Positions 53,761 through 64,000 of a DNA stretch of 64,000 nucleotides are shown here, in pieces (the stretch's first letter is position 1; each line of letters opens with the position of its first letter). The position numbers and the translations under genes are program-made. The DNA lies in contig OZ024741.1 of the NCBI GenBank assembly GCA_964016885.1, positions 191,146,001 through 191,210,000 on the forward strand, written 5' to 3'. The notes below the pieces were generated by a model, which had not been told where the DNA came from, ran no database searches, and saw only the letters and a program-made list of their open reading frames with translations. This DNA comes from Eledone cirrhosa (lineage: Eukaryota).

Positions 53761-54479
53761 CATATATATATATGTGCCTCCATGTGCCTCCATATATATA
53801 TATATAGATATAGATATATATATATTCATATATACATACATATATATGCATATATACATACATATATATACGTATATACATACATATATATAAACACATA
53901 TATACACACACGAATACAGGTGTGGATGTACGTGTATTAGCATTGCATGTAAATGATAACGTGTTGGGTTAAATGGTGGTAGAGAAAAAAATATGTGCAG
54001 GGTGAAAATGTGCTAGGAAATACATAATGGTGGTGAAGTTAGTAATATAAAATGAGGTGATGAAATCAATTGTAGTGAAACGTATGGTGCCGGTGGTTTG
54101 TGTGTGCCTCAAGGGTATACAGTATGTGTTGGTGTGGTTGAGAGTGGTGGATACATGGTGATATATTTAGTGGTGGGGGATATGATAAAGGATGCAACCT
54201 AATATTTACAGGAGTAAAAATAAAATTAACAAGGATAACAGTGATAATGAAATGATATATGAAAAATAGTGGTAGTTATTCCGATGTTGTGTTTATGTTG
54301 TTATGTTTTGTCTGTGGCTCCTGCCCGAATATCACATTACACTCCCTGGATATATATATAATTTCCTCTTATATTTATATCTCCCTCTCCCTGATACTGA
54401 TACTGTCCAAGGGAAAGACAATGGCCAATACCGTTTGGTATAAATAACTTTACAAGGGAACTCTGAATGCAAAGATTTG

Positions 54480-55170
54480 AAAAAGTACCACAATATTATT
54501 ATGACTGTCACCTAAACAGTCAAGCCCCTAAAGGCACTTGTGATCCTGGCCTTCAGATCGTCTTTCGTATTGCAGCTAGATCTGTTGGTGTCTTATTCCA
54601 CTGCGCCCCACACAAAGAAGTCGAGGGGGCTGCAGTCAGGCGAGCTGGGAGGCCAGATGTCAGGTGAAGTGTGGTCGACGAAGTTCTCTGACAGCCAGGC
54701 TTGGGTCTTTCGGCTGGTATGGCAGGGCGCTGAGTCTTGCTGCCACATGTACGGCCTACCTGCACCTACCTGGTTGATGTAGCCATCGGTGTTCAGCTTG
54801 AGGCCCTCAGGGAAAAAGTGAAGTGGCATGACGTCACCTTGACTGCTGATGACACCTAAGACCAATGTTGTCGCTGGAAACTTTGTCTACATGACTCTGG
54901 GCATGTCTTTGGATGAGACAACGAGCCACCTGTTGTTCTGGGAGTTGATCTTCTGGTCTTCTTTGTCCCCCGGGCACAGATTCCAAAAAGAACTCCCGTG
55001 TCTCTTCCACAAATTTGGAGGTTCAAAATTATTCATAATCAATTATTCGGAAAATAAATAATGGAAATATAGTCACTGTTTTTATGAAGACAAGAGTGAC
55101 AACGGAAGTAAAAAAAATTTGCATAAAATTAGCAATTGAAAATTGCGAACAAATATCGTCCGCTCCCTTA
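54480..55170 (-). mobile_element. internally deleted Tc1/mariner relic, DD37D (maT-type) transposase
   Basis: ORF 54593-54865: WQQDSAPCH...WPPSSPDCSPLDFFVWG, with 37 residues between the 2nd and 3rd D; candidate terminus next to TA at ~55155-55170. Confidence 0.8.
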
Positions 55171-55466
55171 TATGATTGGTTCATCATATTTGGAAGTACA
55201 CCTATTTAAATATAACTTAATTGTTATGTGAGTAATGTTTTTTTTATTTAACACCTTAAATTGTATTTGTTTCTATATGTATATATATATATTAAAGCCT
55301 GGTTAGTTTCTCAAATGATATATCTATATATCGTTTAAAATTATTTTATATTATGGATGCTCTAAACAAAAGTTTATTGAGCTTTTACTGAGAAACATTA
55401 TCTATGCATATTTTATATGTATTGATTAAACCTAAAATTAGATATATATATATGCCTATATATATA

Positions 55467-55648
55467 TTGTTTCTACATTTGGCACAAGGCCAGCAATTAC
55501 CCAGTACATTACTGGTACTTTATTTTATCGACCCCGTAAGGATGAAAGGCAAAGTTAACCTCGGCGGGATTTGAACTCAGACTGTAAAGGGACGTAACTA
55601 TGCTAGAAAGCATGGCGTCCAACCCTCTACCGATACTGCCAATTCACT
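55467..55648 (-). mobile_element. tRNA-derived SINE with TSD atgcctatatatata
   Basis: family body plus flanking direct repeat. Confidence 0.88.
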
Positions 55649-56569
55649 ATGCCTATATATATATATATCTTGATAAGCAATATAGGTTTCAGCACTCAAT
55701 ACTTTTACATAAATTGGATTTTCAATATTAAAGGAGGGGACTAATACCAATATGTGGTTGACATTGGCATAAGATCCAGAGTGTTTATGTCATAAAAGAG
55801 AGATTGAAGTTTCAGTTCAACATATTTTATTCATAATCATACATAACAGAGCTTTAATTAGTTATTCCCAGCTCCATTTTAGGATTGATTGCTCATCTGA
55901 AACAATGAAGATTAGAATCAGAATAAGTAGATATTCTGATTCTAATGGCTAGCTCTGATCTGGCTATTTATGAAACAGATGTTATGCATTATTGCAAATT
56001 AGATATGTTGAGCTGAAACTTCGTTATATATATATGCATATACACACACCCACAGGTATAAATATAGATCAAATTGTCTGTAGGGTTGTGTGTCTGTCCA
56101 GTTTTTGCTCTGTAAAGTGTTAGTTTGGGTGCCACGGTAAAATGCAATCAGTACATTCTGCAAATTGGTTTGTGTTAAGAAGGACATTCAGCCATAAAAA
56201 CCATGCCAAAATATGGAATGCATGATCAAGATTTAGTTAATCAACTCGTTTAGTCTCAGAGCATGACAACCTATCCAACCCAAGCCAACATAGAAAGCCG
56301 ATATAAAAAGATGATGATGATGATATATATTTGAAAATGTGGAAGTCCCTAAAACACAAAATAACTGTAACACCAGTAGATTGCTATAAATAATAGCTTA
56401 GATAATAGGGTAAAATAGACAGAAAAAAGTGGCCAGTTGCTACAAAGAATCTGAGCAATTATTTATAGTGATCAAATGTTCTGTGTGTGGAACACCTACA
56501 TTTTAAAATTTCAAATCCCCACAGTGCTTCAATGATTCATAAAATATTTATATACATATATATAGTCAC

Positions 56570-56945
56570 TCCTCATACCGGTGCCATCCAGTACCAGGCC
56601 CCCAAACTATGGATATTCTGTGAGATGGGTTAGCCTCCTTGTATCAGTGCCATCCAGCACTGGGCTCCAAAACTATGGTTCCACTGTGTGATGGGTCAGG
56701 TTCCAAAACTATGGTTCGGTGCTGCTAACTGCCTGTCCCTCCTCATAATGGAGCCATCCAGTTCCACACTGTAAATGTGTTTGGTGTTAGGAAGGGCATC
56801 CAGCTTTAAAATACCCAGCCAAATTTACAGTTCTTGCAGAAGCAAGGTACAGTGTGGCCAACTCTGGCCAGACCTGCCTGCCAGTGTGGACGACCCATCT
56901 AACCCATGCAAGCATGGAAAAATGGATGCTAAACAATGATGATGA
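56570..56945 (+). mobile_element. RTE-type 3' UTR fragment with (GAT) tail
   Basis: ttaggaagggcatccagc, aacccatgc.agcatggaa; a weaker copy lies at 56090-56325. Confidence 0.6.
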
Positions 56946-57467
56946 TTTTGAAGATGATATATATAGCTAAGTTATCTAACAAGCTATGTTTAAGTCCACT
57001 TGGGTAACTCAATTGACATAATTCACCTCTGTAAGCAGTAGCTGCACTGTCAGATTGGCAAGTGTTTCATCAGATTGACATACTAATTTCAATTGCTCCA
57101 GTGGGAAAAGTTACCTATGATAGGCAAACATCTTATCCAGGGGTATGTTTATCTCTTATCCGAAAACCTAGAGATCATTGGTCTTTAAAAATAGATTAAA
57201 TATCAATTGTGTCCTAAACATAGCTGTGTCATAATTTTTTTTTATAAGAAATAAGTAATTTAATATTTAATTTCATAACTAACTTAATATTGTGGCTCAG
57301 TTCTCTAATTGTTTTGTTCCAATTGCTTAATGTATTAATTACTATTAATTGTTGTGACTAATTCAAATGTGCTATTGTTCTGCTCTAATTGATTTGTCTT
57401 AGTAGTTATGTGCTACTTGGTCATTGTCCTTATTATTCAATGTTTTAACTACTTCATTTTCAATAGC

Positions 57468-57968
57468 TCAATCACCTAACTACACAATGACCTAATCACT
57501 CAATGACTTAACTGCTAAATGACCTAACTACTCAATGACCTAACCATTCAATAACCTAACTACACAATGACCTAACTACACAATGACCTAACTGCTCAAT
57601 TACCTAACTACACAATGATCTAACTACTCAATGTCCTAATCACTCAATGACCTAACTACACAATGACCTAACTGCTCAATTACCTAACTACACAATGATC
57701 TAACTACTCAATGTCCTAATCACTCAATGACCTAACTACACAATGACCTAATCACTCAATTACCTAATCACTCAATGACCTAACTACTCAATGACTTAAC
57801 TGCTAAATTACCTAACTACTCAATGTCCTAATCACTCAATGCCTAAACTGTTCAATGTGTTAACTACTCAATGACCTAACTACTCAATGACCTAACTACT
57901 CAATGACCTAATCACTCAATGACCTAATCACTCAATGACCTAACTACTCAATGACCTATATGCTCAAT
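57468..57968. repeat. 16-bp minisatellite, about 30 copies
   Basis: unit caatgacctaactact with variants; an internal 64-bp higher-order duplication at ~57571-57730; degenerate fringes on both sides. Confidence 0.93.
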
Positions 57969-58516
57969 ATCTCAACTGTTCATTGTTATTATTAATTTCT
58001 TTCTAATTGCTCAATGTCCTAACAGTTAATTAATTGAATTAATCACCCAATGGACTAATTAACCAAAGCAAATTACCCATTGCACTAATTAGTCAAAGCA
58101 AATTAGCCAATGCTCTAATAACCCATAGCACTAATGTCTTAACTGTTCTGCCCAAATTCTTCCATTCATGTCTGGCAATAAATTACTAGTTTCTGTTTAG
58201 ATGTCTCTATAATAACTATTATTTAATGTCCTACTTCTTATGTTACAACTATCCAGGTTTCAATTGTTTTTTTGTCCTAATTTCTATGTAATAACCAATT
58301 TCTATGATTTAGTGGGTCATCCAGAAAGCTGTTGTACCCAACTTTGTTTATATTTTAATTACATTATAAACAACTATTAAAGCTATATTGCTTGAAAAAA
58401 TTCTGTGAGGTTTTCATGACCAACTTTTTATACCATTTCTAGTGGTATTGTCCATAATTATATCAGCTTGAAACTATGTTAATGAAAAACAATATTTCTG
58501 AACAGATCATTCGCAA

Positions 58517-58706
58517 TGGCGGTGGTTTGGCAGTGTCGGTAGAACGTCAGACACCATGCTTTGCAGCATAAGAGTTATGGCCCTTTGCATTCTGAGTTCA
58601 AATCCCGCCAGGTTAACTTTATCTTTCATCTTTACAGGGTCGATAAAATAAAGCACCAGTAATGCTCTGGGGGTAATTGCTGGCCTTGTGCCAAAAGTAG
58701 AAACAA
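58517..58706 (+). mobile_element. tRNA-derived SINE
   Basis: ggcggtggtttggcag...ctgagttcaaatcccgcc...tagaaac. Confidence 0.85.
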
Positions 58707-58814
58707 TATTATTTGTTATTGTTATTTATATTTTTTACACGTATATGTAACCCATTGTCCCTGACTATTGTATTGTCCTCTATATATCAGCCCTTGTGGC
58801 CAATAGATGAAGCA

Positions 58815-59478
58815 ATTATTGTTCTTTGAGTCTCAATCATTGATGTTATTTAACTAGAAAGTTTGTTGAAATGAATATCAAGCCGCTACCTGCAGCCTCA
58901 GACATTCAGGAAGTATCAGAGGGTTCTTGCTGTTCCCAGCAAGCATGCCTTTTGAAGTGTTCCAAAAAGGGGGGCTGGACTAATCTTCTTTAATGCTTGG
59001 AAACTCTTTGAGATAGTACCTAGTGCGCCTATGACAATCGGGACGACCTTGATTTCATGGCAGTTCCAAATCCTTTTTACCTCCCACTTTAAATCCTGGT
59101 ATTGGTTAATTTTCTCCCTCTCCTTTTCTTGCACTCTCGTGTCAAATGGGCAGGCTACATCTACAATCAGGCACGATCTTTTTTCCTTGTCCAAAACCAC
59201 CAGGTCAGGCTTATTGTGTTCTAATTTCTTGTCCGTCTGTATCCTAAAATCCCATAGCACCTTCACCTGATCGTTTTCTATCAGCAACTCTGGCTTATGT
59301 TCATACCACTTCCCAGAATGTGGTAAATTGTTTACTTTGCATAAATGCCAGAGGATCACCCTGCCTATCACATCATGTCTCCAGCCTTTATAGTGGGCCT
59401 GGGCTAGGTGTTTATACTCGGATACAATGTGGGCCACAGTCTCCTCTCTCTCTCCACAGATCCTACACAGTGAGATAG
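58815..59478 (-). mobile_element. 3' fragment of an R4/Dong-like RLE non-LTR element
   Basis: CRICGEREETVAHIVSE(Y) decayed CCHC, RHD, KPDLVV...DVACP...EK..QY.DL, PIVIGALG (ORF 58916-59437); abuts (TAA)n. Confidence 0.82.
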
Positions 59479-59884
59479 CCTCCTCCTCCTATTATTATTA
59501 TTATTATAATTATTATTATTATTGTTGTTGTTGTTGTTTCCTTTTCCTTTACTTATTTTATTATTATTAATAATGATTATTTTTGTTATTGGTATTATTG
59601 TTGTTGTTATTATTTATTTTATTATAGTTTTTATTGTTGGTGTTGTTTTTGATGCTATTATTTTATTATTATTATTTTTATTGTTTTTCCTTTTCCTTCA
59701 GTATTGTTTCTGATATATGCCGAGTGTCTTCCTGACACCTAGGGCAAATAGATTCACTGTATACATTTGTTAGCCAGTTAACACACCACATTGAATATAA
59801 TTTGCAGCTTAAAAAAAAATATGTATATACACACACATATATATACGTATAATAATAATAATAATAATTATTATTATTATATAA

Positions 59885-60045
59885 GGGCGGTGGATTGGCA
59901 GCTTTTCAACAAAGAGTTACAGCCCTTTATGATCTGAGTTCAAATCCCACCGAGGTTAACTTTGCCTTTCATCCTTAAGGGGTCGATAACATAAAGTACC
60001 AGTAATACACTGGGGTAATTGCTGGCCTTGTGCCAAAAGTAGAAA
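59885..60045 (+). mobile_element. tRNA-derived SINE with an internal deletion and (ATT)n tail
   Basis: family body. Confidence 0.85.
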
Positions 60046-60067
60046 TTATTATTATTATTATTATTAT

Positions 60068-60104
<37 letters not shown>

Positions 60105-60844
60105 AGATTTGATGTCCCCTCAAATTGATAAAAATAAATAAATAAATAAATCTTGTGGAATTGGTTAACATAGATTTGTTGGGTAACAGCACTATGGTGA
60201 ATATTAATTTACAATGTCACAAGTTCCTTTTATAATGGAAGCTGTTAATAATAAGTTGTATGTTAGAAGAACCAAGAATAAAAGCTAGAATAAAATAGCT
60301 TCGGAACTATGTTGTTGGTCGGAGTTTTTTGTTTGAAGATAAAAAATGGTGTAAAAATAAAATCCAAAGAAAACTAAAGTAAAGTAAAAGACTTAGACAT
60401 GGAATAAAGATTTAACAGTGCAAGAATCTACCGGAAGTCTGCTGGCACATGTTGCTTGTAAAAAAAAAAAAAGGAGAAAGCACGTTTGTGTGGGTGGAGA
60501 CTGGGAGTTTTTTAGTAGATGAATATGGTGCCATATTTTTAGAAATTTTTCTGGGTTTCATTATCTAACAGATTTTCTAACTATCTTTCCTATATATGTT
60601 CCCATTTCCAATGTGTGCATATGTGTCAGTATTTTGGTTCACTGTTTCTTAGTTGATTCCTGCAAAAATGTTCATATATATATATATATATATATGTGTG
60701 TATATATATATATTCTTACATATATGTCCTCCTCCTTTTCCTCCCCACTTTATCAAACAACAATGAAATTAGGTGGTGAAAGAAGGGGTTGTATAACAGA
60801 AATTACATTTAAAAACAAGAATCTAAAAACATGTAATCATGTTT

Positions 60845-60882
<38 letters not shown>

Positions 60883-60924
60883 ACACAGACAGACATGTAT
60901 ATATGTATGTATTTGTATCTGTAT

Positions 60925-61517
60925 GTCATCATCATCATCATTATCCCCTTTTTACGTCCATTATTCCATGATAGCATGGGTTAGACGAGTTGTCCTGTTG
61001 TGGGCAATGTTAGGTCGGCTGACCTTGTTTTACTCATACGGGAACTGATTCTGGTTTGATTTCTACAGCTGGATGCCCTTCCTAACATCAACCTCATTTA
61101 CAGTGAGTGCTGGGTGCTTTTTTCTGTTGCACCTACATGACCACTTTACAGTGTGGGCTGGGTGCTTTTTGCCGTGGCACCTCCACAACCACTTTGCATT
61201 GGAAGAGGGTGGGGGCATATATTCTATACGCTTCAGCTTTGGCTTGTACCTGTGGGAAGTTGGGTCTTCTATATTACTGCGTGATGCCAGGGGTCACGGT
61301 TCTGTGTCATCACCTTTCATAGGCCTAGATTCTTAGCTAAGCTTCCTGAGATCCCACTACATCGCTTGTGTACCCATTGTTTGCATTTGGGGCAGAGAAT
61401 GGAGTTCCTACCTACACCTTTCCTACATACTGAGCAAGGCCATTTCCCTGAGGGGATCTGGGCTCTGTTTTCTCGTCTACTTACAAGGACCTTAGTCTTT
61501 GTCAGGTTGACTTTGAG
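60925..61517 (-). mobile_element. RTE-A fragment: Cys insert region joined to the 3' UTR
   Basis: 61330-61517 is the reverse complement of the 26720-26900-type sequence; the UTR matches 27370-27740. Confidence 0.85.
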
Positions 61518-61529
61518 AATATATATATA

Positions 61530-61866
61530 ATATTAAAATTAAATGATAAAAGTTCTAATTACAGGAGTATAAACAAGATAGACGGAAACATTTTTTCCCT
61601 CTAATTTCACTTATATAATTATCTCCCTACCATGGTTTCGTATGGAGAAGAATCATTATTGGAATGGAATTACCAAAAATTGACACACCACCATATTTTT
61701 CAGAGGAGTTAGATTTGTCTTGAATACGAAACCATGGTAGAGAGATCTATATATAAGTGAAGTTAGAGGGGAAAAATGTTTCCATATATCTTGTTTATAC
61801 TCCTGTAATGAGAGTTTTTTTCTCATTTAATTTTAATATATAATATTGGTTCTCTGAGAGATTTCT
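61530..61866 (+). mobile_element. fold-back mini-element 6, abutting the Penelope element
   Basis: arms 61530-61643 and 61724-61838, 80-nt spacer; GAAA-C-CATG-G-TA at 61728-61739 preceded by CAGAGGA at 61701-07. Confidence 0.75.
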
Positions 61867-62735
61867 TTATAGTAACTCTAATACTCTGGTGGATGGAGTT
61901 AGCTATTTGCTGGATGCTTTCCATGGTGTTTTACTCTAATTCCTGACTGTTCTCTAGTGGGGGTGTTTTTACTACGATGTTTATATCATCACCGTAGCGG
62001 GAGTACATTATCAGGATTAAGAGGTTGCTGTCTTCTAATTGTTTTTTAAGTTTAAGTTTAAGTTTATTGTCCCACCATACAATGAATAGGTTAGCTATGT
62101 CACCTGCAATGCTAACACCAATGGCTGCTCCTTCCTCTTGGGCATATGTTTTTCCATTAAATTTGAACATATGTTCATTAAGGGTTAATTTTATACTGGC
62201 CCCCACCGCATGTGCAATCATTTTCTTTAGTTCATCGTGGTTTTCGGGGGTCCGTATGGCTCTGGTCCACCCGTTCCATCTTTCTGTGTGGGTTTTCTTG
62301 GCCATTGAGGTAATGGTAGGTGGTCTGCCTCTTGCTGGTCTTGTAGGGCACAGGTTGCTAAGGTCATATGATTCTAGATAATCATTACTATAGGTAAGTT
62401 TAAGTAGGAGTCCCAGCTCACTGGTATCAATCCCACTTAAACTTAAAAAACAATTAGAAAACAGCAACCTCTTAACCCTGATAAAGTACTCCCGCTACGT
62501 TGATGATATAAACATCGTAGTAAAAACACCCGCACTAGAGAACAGTCAGGAATTAGAGAAAAACACCATGGAAAGCATCCAGCAAATAGCTAACTCCATC
62601 CACCAGAGTATTAGAGTTACTATAGACTACCCAAGCAAACACCCCAACCATTGATTACCTGTACTAGACACAGAGCTCTGGTTAGAAACCATTAATAACA
62701 AAAAACAAATCCTCCATTCCCATTATGCCAAACCC

Positions 62736-63626
62736 ATGACTTCCAAATATCTGATCCACCGAAACTCAGCTGTTTCGGATCACACCAAAATCAACATACT
62801 GATTGCGGATTTGGTACGGGTGATGAGAAACGTGTCCCGCATGTGCAACCCCAAAGAACTAGAGAGACACATACAACACTTCATCCACCGTATGCAGTTC
62901 TCTGGTTACAATCAGAGAGATAAAATCAGAGTATATAGAGGAGCCAGAACCAAATGGGAAAAAATGGTAAATAATGATACAAATGGGACCTGCCCCTTGT
63001 ATAGGAGCAAATTTTGGAATAGAATAGAAAGAACTAGGAATAAGGTTAATAGAATAAACTCATGGTATGATAGCAATAAATACCAGAGTGTAATGTTCAT
63101 CAATACAACCCCTAGAGGGGAATTAGCTTACAAATTTAGAAGGGCCCTAGATAAACATAAACTTAATATTAAGATAGTAGAAAGACCAGGTACCTCCATA
63201 AAAACACTTATTAGCAATATATACCCTTTTCAAAGACCTCCCTGTATAGATAAGAAATGCATAATCTGTAAACTAAGCCCCCATATTAACTGTAAAACTA
63301 GAAATGTAGTATATAGCATAAGATGTACTGAAGGACAATGTAAAGATAAGAATATAGTGTACATAGGTGAGACAGCTCGTAGTATAGGAGAACGGTTAAA
63401 TGAACACCGGCGAGAACTTCAAGATAAAAAAGAATCATCAATACTCCACCAACATGCTAAAATAGAACATAAGGGAAAATTAGAGAAAATAGAAATAAAA
63501 ATAGAATCCACACACAGAAAAGATGCAATGTTTAGACAAATCACAGAGGCAATAAACATAAATGAACTCCAACCAAAATTAAATAGAAAACATGAATGGA
63601 ATAGCAACATCACAACTTACAATTAA
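62736..63626 (+). pseudogene. Penelope thumb/linker + GIY-YIG endonuclease, open segment of a truncated ORF
   Basis: Cys-rich linker C..(K)C..C...C, VVY and YIG motifs, conserved R, H, E and N positions; upstream in-frame stop at ~62652. Confidence 0.85.
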
Positions 63627-63824
63627 GGACAAAATGAAAACACACACACACATAGAACAAACAACCAACCAGTAACATGTAAATAAACAAATAAATAAAC
63701 AAATAAAAACACACACAGACAGCCGGATGTAACACATGCGCAAACTAAGCACACAACACACACAAAAACAAGATGTCGTAGGACAGAACAAAGGAGAGGC
63801 ACAAAACAAAGAAAAGAATCCCCA

Positions 63825-63867
63825 GTCACTGAAGAGGTCACAGAATGTGTGACGAAAGAACTTTGAC
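63825..63867 (+). ncRNA. hammerhead ribozyme in the Penelope 3' pLTR
   Basis: GTCA-CTGAAGA(63829-35)-g-GTCACA gaatg TGTGAC-GAAA(63854-57)-G-AA-C-TT/TGAC. Confidence 0.75.
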
Positions 63868-64000
63868 AATATATGAACAACCGTCCAGTTATGGAACCAA
63901 CCAACCAACCGGAAATTTATAAATTCTTAAATTTATAAATTTAATTTATAATAAATTGGAGTGAAAGCAACTGGTGCGTGTGTTTCTTATTGGCAACATG

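Larger units (their letters stand above)
61868..64000 (+). mobile_element. Penelope-like retroelement, 5'-truncated and 5'-inverted; RT C-terminal half, GIY-YIG endonuclease and 3' pLTR
   Basis: minus ORF 61931-62467 (F.FNGKTY.Q..GAAIG..IA..IANLF, RYGDD); plus strand RYVDD at ~62492; ORF 62736-63626 (NVVYSIRC..C....YIGETARSIGERLNEH, R.ITEAI.I...P.LN). Confidence 0.92.

Noticed and set aside
57468-57968. Telomeric repeat (CCTAA within the unit)
   Set aside because: TTAGG occurs once per 16-bp unit and is not a pure telomeric tract

Overview
AT-rich, microsatellite-dense eukaryotic (metazoan) DNA, almost entirely decayed mobile elements. The SINE and RTE repertoire looks to me like a cephalopod (octopus); this is recognition from memory, not a search. 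No host protein-coding gene can be supported. Contents: about ten copies or fragments of an RTE-clade LINE whose RT carries an inserted C4HC3 (PHD-type) finger; Expander/Rex3-like and BovB-like RTEs; a near full-length CR1/L2-type LINE; CRE-like and R4/Dong-like RLE fragments; two solo LTRs; a DD37D (maT) Tc1/mariner relic; many tRNA-derived SINEs with target-site duplications; a 3.3 kb 60-bp satellite; and a 5'-inverted Penelope-like element (RT + GIY-YIG). The most interesting signal is invisible in the ORF track. Six short fold-back (palindromic) inserts and one stand-alone insert sit in (TA)n tracts between 31.7 and 61.9 kb. All but one carry a type-I hammerhead ribozyme or a degenerate version of one (CUGANGA...GAAA...UH with pairing stems, often with the minimal palindromic-tetraloop stem III typical of Penelope pLTRs). 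The Penelope 3' UTR has one too. All coordinates and pairings were read by eye, and TE boundaries are approximate.
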